From NCBI GenBank assembly GCA_964291625.2, contig OZ220089.1:3104001-3168000 (forward strand): a DNA stretch of 64,000 nt, in the 5' to 3' direction. How positions within the stretch are numbered: the first letter of the stretch is position 1; each line of letters opens with the position of its first letter. Of this stretch, positions 47,573 through 58,158 are shown one piece after another. The stretch is from Candidatus Latescibacterota bacterium (GTDB lineage Bacteria > Latescibacterota > UBA2968 > UBA8231). The notes below the pieces were generated by a model. That model worked only from the letters and a program-made list of their open reading frames with translations, had not been told where the DNA came from and did not search any database. The position numbers and the translations under genes were made by a program.

Positions 47573-47870
47573 AGACGAGGACCACGAGGCGGCCGCCGCT
47601 GGTGTTGGCGACGCCGTGGTCCTCGCCCGGCGGGCAGAGGACCGCCCAGCCGGCGTCGAGCTCGCGGGACTCGCCGCCCACGGTGAAGGTGCCGCGGCCC
47701 TCGAGGACGCAGTAGATCTTGTCGTTGTCGTCGTGGCTGTGGAGGGCCTGCTCCTGGCCCGGCTCGAAGCAGTAGATGTCGCAGAACATCCTCTCCGACT
47801 CGAAGAGGTTCACCTTCTGGAACTTCTCCCCGGAGAAGCTCCGTTCCTCCTGCCAGCGCTTGGCGTTCAT
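47553..47870 (-). CDS. Cupin domain protein
   Basis: MNAKRW...YCFEPGQEQALHSH...DKIY.VLEGRG...HGV.N. Confidence 0.8.
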   Translation of the reverse strand: MNAKRWQEERSFSGEKFQKVNLFESERMFCDIYCFEPGQEQALHSHDDNDKIYCVLEGRGTFTVGGESRELDAGWAVLCPPGEDHGVANTSGGRLVVLVFMAPHP

Positions 47871-47878
47871 CCTCGGCC

Positions 47879-49009
47879 TCAGCGGTCCGCCAGGGGCCGG
47901 AAGGCCCTCTCCTCGGGACCGGTGTAGATGTGGTTCGGGCGGATCAGGCGGTTGTCCTCCTGCTGCTCGACGACGTGGGCGGCCCAGCCGGCGACCCGGC
48001 TGGCCACGAAGATCGGCGTGTAGAGGGGGATCGGCAGCCCCATGGTGTAGAAGGTCCAGGCCGCGGGGAAGTCGACGTTGGGGAAGATCCCCTTCTCGGA
48101 GAGCATCGTCTCCTCCACGGCGTCGGCGATGCGCAGCCAGCGGCTCTCTCCCGTGGCCTCCACCACCCGGCGCCCCTCCTCGGTGACGGCGGGCACCCGC
48201 GAGTCCCCGCTCTTGTACTCGCGGTGGCCGAAGCCCATGATCTTGCGCTTCTGCGCCAGGGCCTCCAGCACCCACGGGCGCGCCCGCTCGGTCTCGCCGA
48301 TGTCCAGCATCATCTCCATGGCCGCCTCGTTGGCGCCGCCGTGGAGGGGGCCCATGAGGGCGGCGATGCCCGCCGTGACCGCCGCGTGCAGGTCGGCCAG
48401 GGTCGAGGCCGCCACCCTGGCGGCGAAGGAGGAGGCGTTGAAGCCGTGCTCGGAGTAGAGCATGAGGGCCACGTCCAGGGCGCGCACGGCGTGCTCCGCG
48501 GGCCGGCGGCCGTGCACCATGTAGAGGAGGTTGGCGGCGTGGCCAAGCTCCGGGTCGGGGGGGACCGGCTCCAGGCCGTTGGCGCAGCGGTGGGCGGCGG
48601 CGAGGATCGTGGGGACCTTGGCCAGCAGCCGCTCCGCCTTGCGCAGGGTGGCCTCGCGGCTGATGTCGCGGGCCTCGGGGTCGGTCAACCCGAGGGCGGA
48701 GACCGCCGAGCGCAGGACCGCCATCGACTGCGCTTCCGCCGGGGTCCGGCGCAGCAGCTCCTCCACCGCCGGCGGCAGGCCGCGCTCGGCGCCCAGGCGG
48801 TCCTGGAACTCGCCGAGCTGCGCGGCCGTGGGCAGCTCTCCGTAGAGCAGCAGCCAGGCGACCTCCTCGAAGACGGCCTGCCGGGTGATCTCCACCAGGT
48901 CGTAGCCCCGGACGATCAGCCGGTTGGCCTCGAAGTCGATCCGGGAGATCGCCGACTCGCCGGCGATGACCCCGGCCAGCCCGGGGCTGTACTCGGGGCG
49001 CTCAGCCAT
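47879..49009 (-). CDS. prpC: 2-methylcitrate/citrate synthase
   Basis: EHGFNASSF, GPLHGGANE, MGFGHR, PNVDF; adjacent to prpB. Confidence 0.8.
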   Translation of the reverse strand: MAERPEYSPGLAGVIAGESAISRIDFEANRLIVRGYDLVEITRQAVFEEVAWLLLYGELPTAAQLGEFQDRLGAERGLPPAVEELLRRTPAEAQSMAVLRSAVSALGLTDPEARDISREATLRKAERLLAKVPTILAAAHRCANGLEPVPPDPELGHAANLLYMVHGRRPAEHAVRALDVALMLYSEHGFNASSFAARVAASTLADLHAAVTAGIAALMGPLHGGANEAAMEMMLDIGETERARPWVLEALAQKRKIMGFGHREYKSGDSRVPAVTEEGRRVVEATGESRWLRIADAVEETMLSEKGIFPNVDFPAAWTFYTMGLPIPLYTPIFVASRVAGWAAHVVEQQEDNRLIRPNHIYTGPEERAFRPLADR

Positions 49010-49901
49010 CGCCGCCCTTTCCCGCCAGCCGGCGGTCCATCGCCTCGTACTCGGGGTAGCGGAGCAGCTCGTAGAGCTCCTCCCGCGTCTGCATGCGGTC
49101 GAGCCAGGCCGCCGGCGAGCCGTGGTCGCGGATCTCGGCGAGGACGCCCTCGACGGCTTTCATCATGACCCGGAAGGTCGTCATGGGGAAGATCACCATG
49201 GCGTAGCCGAGGTCGGTGAACTGTTGGGCCGTGAGGGGCGGGGTCTTGCCGAACTCGGTCATGTTGGCCAGCAGCGGACCCTGCACCCGCTCGGCGTAGC
49301 GGCCGAACTCGTCCTCGGTCCGCAGGGCCTCGATGAAGATGGCGTCGGCGCCGGCCTCCAGGTAGCGGCGGCCGCGCTCGACGCTGGCGTCGAACCCCTC
49401 CACGGCGCGCGCGTCGGTGCGCGCCACCAGCAGGAAGTCGGGGTTCTCCCGGGCCTCCGCCGCGGCGGCGAGCTTGCTCTCCATCTCGGCCGCGGGGACC
49501 AGCCCTTTGCCGTCGAGGTGGCCGCAGCGCTTGGGCATGACCTGGTCCTCGAGGTGGATGCCGGCCACGCCGGCGGCCTCGAAGGCGCGCACCGTGCGCA
49601 TCACCTGCAGGGCTTCGCCGAAGCCGGTGTCGGCGTCGCACAGGGCCGGCACCTCCACGGCGTCGGCGATGGTCCCCGCGGCGCCGGCGACCTGCTCCAT
49701 GCCGAGGAGGGCGATGTCGGGGTACCCGGCGCTGTTGATCAGCCCCGCCCCCGAGATGTAGACCGCCTCGAAGCCCAGCTTCTGGGCGAGCATGGCCACC
49801 GGCGCGTTGAAGCACCCCGGCATCACCACCGTGCCGGCGGCGATCGCCCGTCGCAGGGCGGCGGCCTTGTCCGCCGGCGGGGTGCGCTGGGAGAGGAGCA
49901 T
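49002..49901 (-). CDS. prpB: Methylisocitrate lyase
   Basis: DADTGFG, EDQVMPKRCGHL, ARTDA, ANMTEFGKTP. Confidence 0.9.
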   Translation of the reverse strand: MLLSQRTPPADKAAALRRAIAAGTVVMPGCFNAPVAMLAQKLGFEAVYISGAGLINSAGYPDIALLGMEQVAGAAGTIADAVEVPALCDADTGFGEALQVMRTVRAFEAAGVAGIHLEDQVMPKRCGHLDGKGLVPAAEMESKLAAAAEARENPDFLLVARTDARAVEGFDASVERGRRYLEAGADAIFIEALRTEDEFGRYAERVQGPLLANMTEFGKTPPLTAQQFTDLGYAMVIFPMTTFRVMMKAVEGVLAEIRDHGSPAAWLDRMQTREELYELLRYPEYEAMDRRLAGKGGDG

Positions 49902-49909
49902 TGGGAGCC

Positions 49910-51187
49910 TCAGAGGCGGATGGTGGCGTCGCGGTCGGGGCCCACGGAGATCAGGCTCACCGGGGTGCCGCTCAGCTCCTCGATGCGGCGCACGTAGGCG
50001 CGGGCGCCCGTGGGCAGGTCGGCGAAGGCGCGGGCTCCGGTGGTCGGCGCGCACCAGCCGTCGACCTCCTCGTACACGGGCTCGCATTTGTCGAGGATCC
50101 GCGGGTCGGCGGGGAACTCCTCCAGCAGCTGGTCGCCGTGGCGGTAGGCGGTGCACAGCTTGAGGCGCTCCACCGGATCGAGGATGTCCAGCCGGGTGAG
50201 GGCCAGGCCGGTGAGGCCGTTGACCCGCGCCGCCATGCGGGCGATGGTGGCGTCGAACCAGCCGCAGCGCCGGGCGCGGCCCGTGGTGGCGCCGTACTCC
50301 TGGCCCAGCTCGCGGATGCGCTCCCCCTCGTCGTCGAGCAGCTCCGTCGGGAAGGGTCCGTTGCCGACGCGGGTCATGTAGGCCTTGGTGACGCCGATGA
50401 TCTCGTCGATCCGCGTCGGCCCCACCCCGCTCCCGGTGCAGGCGCCGCCGGCGGTGGTGTTGGAGGAGGTCACGTACGGATAGGTGCCGTGATCGATGTC
50501 GAGGAGGGTGCCCTGGGCGCCCTCGAAGAGCACCCGGCGGCCGTCGTCGAGGGCCTTGTTGAGGTAGACGGAGGTGTCGTCCACGTACGGGCGCAGCCGC
50601 TCGGAGAACCCCTGGGCCTGGCGCACCACCTCCTCCACGTCGATCGGCGGCGCCTCGTAGATGCGGGTGAGCACGTCGTTGGCGGCCCGGACGGCGGAGC
50701 GCAGCCGGTCGCGCAGGTCGGCGTCGAGCAGGTCCATCACCCGCAGAGCGTGGCTGCGGGCGACCTTGTCCCGGTAGGCGGGGCCGATGCCGCGGGCCGT
50801 GGTGCCGATGGCGCCGGAGCCGAGGCTCGCTTCGGAGGCGCGGTCGAGGGCCTTGTGGTAGGGCAGCACCACGTGGGCGCAGCCGCTGACCCGCAGGCGC
50901 TCGGGAGGCACGGGGATGCCCCGTCCCGCCAGCTCGTCCAGCTCGGAGAACAGGGACTCCGGGTCGAGGACCACCCCGTTGCCGACGACGCATACGGCGT
51001 GGTCGTTGAGGACCCCCACGGGCAGGGTGTGGAAGATCCAGGTCTCGCCCCCCACCTCGACGGTGTGGCCGGCGTTGGCTCCCCCCTGGAAGCGCACCAC
51101 CACGTCGGCTCCGGCGGCGAGGTAGTCGACGATCTTGGCCTTGCCCTCATCGCCCCACTGGGCTCCCAGGACGACGGTCGCTGCCAT
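49910..51187 (-). CDS. purA: Adenylosuccinate synthetase
   Basis: GAQWGDEGKAK, GGANAGHT, EGAQG, GTYPYVTSS. Confidence 0.97.
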   Translation of the reverse strand: MAATVVLGAQWGDEGKAKIVDYLAAGADVVVRFQGGANAGHTVEVGGETWIFHTLPVGVLNDHAVCVVGNGVVLDPESLFSELDELAGRGIPVPPERLRVSGCAHVVLPYHKALDRASEASLGSGAIGTTARGIGPAYRDKVARSHALRVMDLLDADLRDRLRSAVRAANDVLTRIYEAPPIDVEEVVRQAQGFSERLRPYVDDTSVYLNKALDDGRRVLFEGAQGTLLDIDHGTYPYVTSSNTTAGGACTGSGVGPTRIDEIIGVTKAYMTRVGNGPFPTELLDDEGERIRELGQEYGATTGRARRCGWFDATIARMAARVNGLTGLALTRLDILDPVERLKLCTAYRHGDQLLEEFPADPRILDKCEPVYEEVDGWCAPTTGARAFADLPTGARAYVRRIEELSGTPVSLISVGPDRDATIRL

Positions 51188-51207
51188 GTTCAGCTCTCCC
51201 TCTCGCG

Positions 51208-52800
51208 TCACAGGCTCACGAGGCGAGCCCAGGTGATGTGGGGGTCGGTGAGGATCTCCTCGATCACGGCTTCGGGCACCGGGCTGTCGACGTTCAGCAC
51301 CGTCAGGGCCCGGCCTCCCACGTGATGCCGGCCGCAGGCCATGCGCGCGATGTTGATCTGGCGCCGGCCCATGGTGCTGCCGATGCGGCCGATGATCCCC
51401 GGCACGTCGTCGTTGAAGTAGAACAGCATATGTCCCTCGGGGACGGCGTCCAGGTCGTACTCGTCGACGCGCACGATGCGCGGGTCCTGGTGTCCGAAGA
51501 GGGTGCCCGACAGCACCCGCCGGCCGCCGCCGTCGAACTCGAGGGCCACCGTCAGCAGGCTGGCGTAGTCCTCGGCGTCGCTGCTCGTCAGCTCGTCGAT
51601 GCGGATGCCGCGCTCCTGGGCGACCATGCGGGCGTTGACGAGGTTCACCGTGCCCTCCTCGGCGAAGCTCTCCATCAGCCCCAGGAGGACCGCCGGGGTC
51701 AGGGACGACGTGGAGGAGGAGGTGACCTCGCCCCGGTACTCCACGGTGACGCGCCGCAGCGGCTCCCCCTCCGAGAGCTGGCCGTGGATGCGGCCGAGGC
51801 GTTCGCCCAGCTCCAGGTGGGGCCGCAGCTTCTCGTAGGCCTCGGGATCGAGGCTGGGCACGTTCACGGCGTTGTGGATCGCCCCGCCGGTCAGCACGTC
51901 CCGAACCTGGGCGGCCACCTGCAGGGCGACGCTGCTCTGCGCTTCCCGCGTCGCCGCCGCCAGGTGGGGGGTGCAGATCACCCGCTCGTGGGCCACCAGC
52001 CGCGACCCCGCTTCCGGCGGCTCGCTCTCGAAGACGTCCAGGGCGGCGCCGGCCACCTTGCCCGAGTCGAGGGCCGCCAGGAGGGCCTCTTCGTCGACGA
52101 TGCCGCCGCGGGCGCAGTTGACGACACGCACGCCGTCGCGGCAGCGGGCCAGTTCCCCCTCCGACAGCCGGTGTCGGGTCTGCGCCGTCAGGGGCACGTG
52201 GAAGGTCAGGAAGTCGGCTTCCTGCCAGATCTGCTCCTCCGGGGCCAGCTGGGCTCCGTACGACTGGGCCACCTCCTCCGTCACCGGGGGGTCGCAGGCG
52301 AGGACGCGCAGGCCGAGGGCGGCGGCCCTCTGGGCGACTTCGCGCCCCACCTGGCCGAGGCCGAAGACGCCGATCGTCTTGCCCGCCAGCTCGACGCCGG
52401 TGAGGGTGCCGGGCTCCCAGCGGCCGGCCTTCATCGAGGCCGTCCCCTGGGGGACGTTGCGCGCCAGGGAGAGGACCATGGCCACCGTGTGCTCCGCCGT
52501 GCTCACCGAGTTGCCCCCGGGGGTGTTCATCACCACGATGCCGCGGCGGGTGGCCTCGTCCACGTCGATGTTGTCCACCCCGGCGCCGGCCCGGCCGATG
52601 GCGCGCATGCGCCGCGCCCGGCGGATGACCTCGCCGGTGACGCGGGTGGCGCTGCGCACGATGAGCCCGTCGTAGGCGTCGATGCGCTCGAGCAGGTCGG
52701 CGGGCGACAGGCCGGTGCTCAGGTCGGCCTCGATGCGGCCGCCGGACTGCAGCACGTCGACGCAGCCGGGATCGACGCGGTCGCTGATCAGGACTCTCAT
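51208..52800 (-). CDS. serA: D-3-phosphoglycerate dehydrogenase
   Basis: GRAGAGVDNID, NCARGGIVDE, TPHL, C-terminal ASB/ACT domains. Confidence 0.93.
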   Translation of the reverse strand: MRVLISDRVDPGCVDVLQSGGRIEADLSTGLSPADLLERIDAYDGLIVRSATRVTGEVIRRARRMRAIGRAGAGVDNIDVDEATRRGIVVMNTPGGNSVSTAEHTVAMVLSLARNVPQGTASMKAGRWEPGTLTGVELAGKTIGVFGLGQVGREVAQRAAALGLRVLACDPPVTEEVAQSYGAQLAPEEQIWQEADFLTFHVPLTAQTRHRLSEGELARCRDGVRVVNCARGGIVDEEALLAALDSGKVAGAALDVFESEPPEAGSRLVAHERVICTPHLAAATREAQSSVALQVAAQVRDVLTGGAIHNAVNVPSLDPEAYEKLRPHLELGERLGRIHGQLSEGEPLRRVTVEYRGEVTSSSTSSLTPAVLLGLMESFAEEGTVNLVNARMVAQERGIRIDELTSSDAEDYASLLTVALEFDGGGRRVLSGTLFGHQDPRIVRVDEYDLDAVPEGHMLFYFNDDVPGIIGRIGSTMGRRQINIARMACGRHHVGGRALTVLNVDSPVPEAVIEEILTDPHITWARLVSL

Positions 52801-53399
52801 GGGGCCGGCGCGGCTTCCACCGCCGTCACCTCCCCGACCCACTGCAGCAGGTCGCCGCGGCCGAGGCCGGTCTCGGAGGAGAAGGGCAGGTAAGGCAGGT
52901 CGGCGAGCTGCCCCTCCTCCTCGAGCCGGGAGACCTGCCGGTCGAGCCTGCCGCGGGAGAGCTTGTCGGCCTTCGTGAGCACGAGGAGGAAGGGCCGTCC
53001 GCCGCTCTTCAGGGTGTCCACCATCTGCAGGTCCAGCTCCGTGGGGCCGTGGCGGGCGTCGATGAGCAGGACCACCGCCTGCAGGGCCTCGCGGTTGGCC
53101 AGGTAGGTCTCGATGAGCCGGCCCAGGTTGCGCCGCAGGTCGACGCCGCCGCGCACGTACCCGTAGCCGGGAAGGTCGACGAGGTAGAGCCGGTCGTTCA
53201 CCCGGTAGTAGTTGAGCTGCTGCGTGCGCCCGGGGGTGGAGCTGGTCTGCGCCAGACGCCGGCGCTGCACGAGGCGGTTGATCAGGCAGGACTTGCCGAC
53301 GTTGGAACGGCCGGCGAAGGCGACCTCGGGCAGGCCGTCGGTGGGCGAGCCCTTCTCCCCCACGGCGCCCACGACGAATTCCGCAGAGTGGATCCGCAC
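52797..53399 (-). CDS. engB: Ribosome biogenesis GTPase YihA/YsxC
   Basis: GRSNVGKS, PGRT, DLPGYG, TKADK. Confidence 0.93.
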   Translation of the reverse strand: MRIHSAEFVVGAVGEKGSPTDGLPEVAFAGRSNVGKSCLINRLVQRRRLAQTSSTPGRTQQLNYYRVNDRLYLVDLPGYGYVRGGVDLRRNLGRLIETYLANREALQAVVLLIDARHGPTELDLQMVDTLKSGGRPFLLVLTKADKLSRGRLDRQVSRLEEEGQLADLPYLPFSSETGLGRGDLLQWVGEVTAVEAAPAP

Positions 53400-53413
53400 G
53401 ACCCCGCAGGCCT

Positions 53414-54661
53414 TCAGGCGGACTTGCGGAGGAGCTCGTCGCCGTCGTCGTCGGAGGCGACCCCGAGGTCGATCATCTCGGCGGTGACGACCAGCTCCGT
53501 CACCTCCTCGTGGGACGGGGTGTCGTAGAACACGTCCATCAGGGCCTGCTCCAGGACGGAGCGCAACCCGCGGGCCCCGGTGCCCTTGCTGACGGTGAGT
53601 TCCACCACGCGCCGCAGGGCGCCGTCGGTGAACCGCAGGTTGACGCCGTCCATCTCGAAGAGGCGGCTCACCTGCCGGACGATGGCGTTCTTCGGCTCCG
53701 TGAGGATGCGGAAGAGGTCTTCCTCGGAGAGGGCGGCGAGGGTGGTCACCACCGGAATGCGGCCGACGAACTCGGGGATCAGGCCGAACTGCAGCAGGTC
53801 CTCGGGCTGCACCTCGGAGAGGACCTGCGCGGGGCTCTCGGTGTCCGCCTCTTCCGAGGCCGCCCCGAAACCCAGGGTGCGCCGGCCCACGCGGGAGGAG
53901 ATCACCTTCGCCAGGCCCTCGAAGGCGCCGCCGCAGATGAACAGCACGTTCTGCGTGTTGACCTGGATCATCGGCTGCTCGGGATGCTTGCGGCCGCCCT
54001 TGGGGGGGATGTTGGCCACCGTGCCCTCGAGGATCTTCAGCAGGGCCTGCTGCACGCCCTCGCCCGAGACGTCGCGGCTCACCGCCGGCGCCGCCGACTT
54101 GCGCGCCACCTTGTCGATCTCGTCGAGGTAGACGATCCCCTTCTCGGCGCGGGCCACGTCGTAGTCGGCCGCCTGCAGCAGGCCTACCAGGATGTTCTCC
54201 ACGTCCTCGCCCACGTACCCGGCCTCGGTGAGGATGGTGGCGTCGGCCATGCAGAAGGGCACCTGCAGGACCTTGGCGAGGGTCTGGGCCAGCAGGGTCT
54301 TGCCCGTGCCCGTGGGCCCCACGAGGAGGATGTTGCTCTTCTCGAGCTCGACGCCGTCGAGGGCGACGTTGGTACGGATGCGCTTGTAATGGTTGTACAC
54401 GGCCACGGAGAGGATCTTCTTGGCCTCCTCCTGGCCGATGACGTACTCGTCGAGGTAGGCCTTGATGTCGATGGGCTTGGGAGGGGTGCCGGTCTCCCAC
54501 GGCAGGGTCTGCTTCTTGTCCTCGGCGAGGACATCGTTGCAGAGCTTGACGCACTCGTTGCAGATGTGCACCGACGGCCCGGTGATGATGCGGTCCACCT
54601 GGCTGGCGCCGCGGGTGCAGAAGGAGCAGCGCGGCTCGGCCTTGGAAGTGCGGCGGCGCAT
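53414..54661 (-). CDS. clpX: Clp protease ATPase subunit ClpX
   Basis: CSFC...[35 protein letters not shown]. Confidence 0.97.
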   Translation of the reverse strand: MRRRTSKAEPRCSFCTRGASQVDRIITGPSVHICNECVKLCNDVLAEDKKQTLPWETGTPPKPIDIKAYLDEYVIGQEEAKKILSVAVYNHYKRIRTNVALDGVELEKSNILLVGPTGTGKTLLAQTLAKVLQVPFCMADATILTEAGYVGEDVENILVGLLQAADYDVARAEKGIVYLDEIDKVARKSAAPAVSRDVSGEGVQQALLKILEGTVANIPPKGGRKHPEQPMIQVNTQNVLFICGGAFEGLAKVISSRVGRRTLGFGAASEEADTESPAQVLSEVQPEDLLQFGLIPEFVGRIPVVTTLAALSEEDLFRILTEPKNAIVRQVSRLFEMDGVNLRFTDGALRRVVELTVSKGTGARGLRSVLEQALMDVFYDTPSHEEVTELVVTAEMIDLGVASDDDGDELLRKSA

Positions 54662-54669
54662 GGGAGGAG

Positions 54670-55287
54670 CTAGCCCGCCGCCTCCGCCGGCTGCGACAGG
54701 GCCAGGGTGGAAGGGGTGATGATCTCGTCGACGATGCCGTACTCGCGGGCGTCCTCGGCGCTCATGAAGAAGTCCCGCTCGGTGTCGGCCTGGATGCGCT
54801 CGAGATCGCGCCCGGTGCGCTCGGCGAGGATGTCGTTGATCTGCCGGCGGATCTGGATGATCTCGCGGGCGTGGATCTCCACGTCGGCGGCCTGCCCTCC
54901 GATGCCGCCCATGGGCTGATGCAGCAGCACCCGGGCGTTGGGCAGGCACTGGCGCTTGCCGCGGGCCCCACCGGCGAGGAGCACGGCGCCCATGCTCGAG
55001 GCCTGGCCGATGCAGATGGTGGCCACGTCGGGCTGGACGTACTGCATGGTGTCGTAGATCGCCATGCCCGCGGTTACCGATCCGCCGGGGGTGTTGATGT
55101 AGAGGGAGATGTCCTTCTTCGGGTCCTCCGAAGCGAGGAACAGCATCTGGGCGATGACGAGATTGGCGATGCTGTCGCCCACCGGCGTGCCGATGAAGAC
55201 GATGCGCTCCCTGAGCAGCCGGGAGTAGATGTCGTAGGAGCGTTCGCCCCGTCCGGTCTGCTCGATGACCATCGGTATCAGCGACAT
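54670..55287 (-). CDS. clpP: Clp protease proteolytic subunit
   Basis: [27 protein letters not shown]. Confidence 0.97.
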   Translation of the reverse strand: MSLIPMVIEQTGRGERSYDIYSRLLRERIVFIGTPVGDSIANLVIAQMLFLASEDPKKDISLYINTPGGSVTAGMAIYDTMQYVQPDVATICIGQASSMGAVLLAGGARGKRQCLPNARVLLHQPMGGIGGQAADVEIHAREIIQIRRQINDILAERTGRDLERIQADTERDFFMSAEDAREYGIVDEIITPSTLALSQPAEAAG

Positions 55288-55289
55288 GT

Positions 55290-56585
55290 TCAGACCGCCC
55301 TCTCTTCGACGATGGCGTGCTCTTCGAGGTACGCGAAGATCTTGTCCTCCTCCAGGTCGCGGCGCAGGTCGGCGGCCCGGGGCGACCGCTTCAGCTTGTC
55401 GAGCTGCAGGTTGAGCTGCCGCGACCGGTCGGCCAGGTAGCCCTCGAACTCCTCGTCCGTGACCTCGACGGGAACCTTCTTGCGCAGTCCCTCCATGATC
55501 AGGAAGGTCTTCAGGCGCTTGACCGCGTCTTCCCGCTCCTCCGCCGTCGGCTCCTCCGGCTCATGGTCGCGATCATGGGGATGGTCCTGGTGGTCGGGGC
55601 CGTGCTCCTGGCGCTCGCGCTCGCGGCGCATCGATTCGAGGTAGTTGTCCACCAGCGAATCGGAGAGCTCCACCTCGTTGGCCCGGTGGAGGCCCTCGAG
55701 GAGGTCGCTGCGCAGCTTCTGCCGGGCCAGGTAGTTCCAGCGTTCGTCCAGTTGGGAGCGCAGGTGGTCCCTGAGCTGCTCCAGGCCCTCGAAGCGGTCG
55801 CCCACCGCGCTGGCGAACTCGTCGTCGAGCTCGGGGAGGGTGCGCTCGCGGATCTCGCGGGCGGTGACGGCGAAGTGCGCCCGCGTGCCGGCGAGATCCT
55901 CGTTGGGCAGGTCCTCGCGGTACTGGAACCGCACCTTGCGCTCGGCCCCCGCCTCGATACCGAGGAGGGCCTCCTCGAACTCGGGGCTCGGCGCGTTGTC
56001 GTCGCCGATGAGGAAGTAGCGCTCCTCGTAGCGGTCGCCGATGATCGGCACGCCGCCCTCGTCGAGGCGCTGCAGGTCGGCGATGAGCACGTCGCCGCGG
56101 GCCAGGCCGCGCTCGACGGAGCGCTCCGACGCATGCTGGCGCTGCAGCTCCTGGAGCTGCTCCTCCACCTCCTCGTCGGAGACCCCGTGGGTGAGGCGCG
56201 TGGCCCTCAGGCCCTCGTGGCCCTGCACGTCGACCTCGGGCCAGATGTCGATGCTGGCGGTGAAGCTCAGTCCGCCGGCCTCGCTCTCGTCGAGCCGGGT
56301 GATTCGCGGAGTGCCCGCCGGCATCAGCCCCGTCTGCTGCGCCGCCTCGCGCATGAGCTCGGGCAGCAGGTCCTCGATGACGCCGCTGCGGATCGACGGG
56401 CCGAAGCGCTGCTGGATGAGCCGGAGGGGAACCTTGCCTTTGCGGAAGCCGGGGATCTCCAGGCGCTTCTGGTAGCCCCGCAGGGCGCTCTGCATCTCCC
56501 GGTCGATGCGCTCGGGCGGCACCTCGACATCGAGGTCTCGCGCCCAGCGGCCGGTCTCTTTTACGGTCGTTTCCAAGGTCGTCAT
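55290..56585 (-). CDS. tig: Trigger factor
   Basis: [19 protein letters not shown]; upstream of clpP. Confidence 0.92.
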   Translation of the reverse strand: MTTLETTVKETGRWARDLDVEVPPERIDREMQSALRGYQKRLEIPGFRKGKVPLRLIQQRFGPSIRSGVIEDLLPELMREAAQQTGLMPAGTPRITRLDESEAGGLSFTASIDIWPEVDVQGHEGLRATRLTHGVSDEEVEEQLQELQRQHASERSVERGLARGDVLIADLQRLDEGGVPIIGDRYEERYFLIGDDNAPSPEFEEALLGIEAGAERKVRFQYREDLPNEDLAGTRAHFAVTAREIRERTLPELDDEFASAVGDRFEGLEQLRDHLRSQLDERWNYLARQKLRSDLLEGLHRANEVELSDSLVDNYLESMRRERERQEHGPDHQDHPHDRDHEPEEPTAEEREDAVKRLKTFLIMEGLRKKVPVEVTDEEFEGYLADRSRQLNLQLDKLKRSPRAADLRRDLEEDKIFAYLEEHAIVEERAV

Positions 56586-56590
56586 ATCCG

Positions 56591-56674
56591 TGCGAAAGGG
56601 GGGACTCGAACCCCCAAGCCCCGAGGGGCACCAGATCCTAAATCTGGCGCGTATGCCAATTCCGCCACTTTCGC
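56591..56674 (-). tRNA. tRNA-Leu(TAG)
   Basis: GCGAAAGTGGCGGAATTGGCATACGCGCCAGATTTAGGATCTGG...GGTTCGAGTCCCCCCTTTCGCA; long variable arm; CCA not encoded. Confidence 0.95.
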
Positions 56675-56772
56675 AAAACCGTGCTCCGTCCAACAAAGGA
56701 AGCACCGGGTCCGCACACCGCCCGGTGCTTCGCTCCACAGCCGGGCGAATATACCCGTTCGCCGGACCAGAA

Positions 56773-58158
56773 TCAAGATTCCGGGTGCCTCCAAAGGTCC
56801 ATGCGGCGGCGGATCTCGGAGAGCAGATCGGAGCCGGGAACGCGGTCCTGCTCCATGGAGTCGCGCTCCCGGAGAGTGACCGTGCCGTCCTGGAGGGTGT
56901 CGGAGTCGACGGTGATGCAGAAGGGGGTGCCCACCTCGTCCATGCGCCGGTACCGGCGGCCGATGGCGCCCCCCTCGTCGTAGGCCACGCGCAGGTGGGG
57001 CCGCAACTCCGCCTCCAGGCGGCGGGCGATCTCGGGCATGCCGTCGCGCTTGACCAGGGGCAGGATGGCCGCCTTGAGGGGCGCGATGCGCGGGTGGAAG
57101 CGCATCACCGTGCGGCGGTCGCCCTTCACCTCTTCCTCGGCGTAGGCGTTGGTGAGCACCATCATCGTCTGGCGGCTGGCGCCGGCCGAGGTCTCGATGA
57201 CGGCGGGCAGGACCTTCTCGCGCGACTGGTCGTCGAAGTACTTGAGCTGCTTGCCCGAGTACTCCTCGTGGCGGCCGAGGTCGTACTGCCCGCGGTGGTG
57301 GATGCCCTCCATCTCGTCCCACCCGAAGGGGAACTCGAACTGGATGTCGAAGGCGGCGCGTGCGTAGTGAGCGAGCTCGCCGGCGCCGTGCTCGCGCCAG
57401 CGCAGCCGGCTCTCGGCGATGCCCAGGCCCTCGGTGATCCACGTCCAGCGCTGCTCTTTCCAGTAGTCGAGCCAGCGCTCCTCCTCGCCCGGCGCCACGA
57501 AGTACTGCATCTCCATCTGCTCGAACTCGCGGGTGCGGAAGAGGAAGTTCTTCGTGTTGATCTCGTTGCGGAAGGCCTTGCCGATCTGGGCGATGCCGAA
57601 GGGCAGCTTCTGGCGCATCGCCTGCTGCACGTTGAGGAAGTTGACGAAGATCCCCTGGGCCGTCTCGGGCCTCAGGAATACGACGCTCGCCGAGTCCTCC
57701 ACGGGGCCGACGTGGGTCTTGAACATCAGGTTGAAGTGGCGGGCCTCGCCCAACTCGTTGCCCTTCGGGCTCCGGAGGCCGACCTCGGCCATCTTCGCCG
57801 TCATCTCCTCCAGGCCCAGGCCGGTGCAGTCGACGCCCGCCTCCTCCAGCAGATGGTCGAGGCGGAACCTCTCGTTGGTCTTGCGATCCTCCACCATGGG
57901 ATCGGTGAAGCCCTCCACGTGGCCCGAGGCCTCCCAGGTGCGCGGGTGCATCAGGATCGCCGCGTCGAGGCCCTCCACGTCCTCGCGGTAGGTCATGGAC
58001 CGCCACCAGGCCTCCTTGACGTTGCGCAGCAGCTCGACGCCGAGGGGGCCGTAGTCCCAGCAGCCGTTGAGGCCGCCGTAGATCTCGGAGCTCTGGAAGA
58101 TGAACCCCTTGCGCTTGCACAGGGAGACGAGCTTTTCCATCACGTCGCCATCTGACAT
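56773..58158 (-). CDS. glyQS: Glycine--tRNA ligase (homodimeric type)
   Basis: SEIYGG, DYGPLG, LRPETAQGIF, FRNEI, FRTREFEQME. Confidence 0.95.
   Translation of the reverse strand: MSDGDVMEKLVSLCKRKGFIFQSSEIYGGLNGCWDYGPLGVELLRNVKEAWWRSMTYREDVEGLDAAILMHPRTWEASGHVEGFTDPMVEDRKTNERFRLDHLLEEAGVDCTGLGLEEMTAKMAEVGLRSPKGNELGEARHFNLMFKTHVGPVEDSASVVFLRPETAQGIFVNFLNVQQAMRQKLPFGIAQIGKAFRNEINTKNFLFRTREFEQMEMQYFVAPGEEERWLDYWKEQRWTWITEGLGIAESRLRWREHGAGELAHYARAAFDIQFEFPFGWDEMEGIHHRGQYDLGRHEEYSGKQLKYFDDQSREKVLPAVIETSAGASRQTMMVLTNAYAEEEVKGDRRTVMRFHPRIAPLKAAILPLVKRDGMPEIARRLEAELRPHLRVAYDEGGAIGRRYRRMDEVGTPFCITVDSDTLQDGTVTLRERDSMEQDRVPGSDLLSEIRRRMDLWRHPES

Noticed and set aside
56591-56780. tRNA-Leu as a possible integration site for an island or prophage
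   Set aside because: Flanked by core genes (glyQS, tig); no integrase or duplicated tRNA 3' end seen
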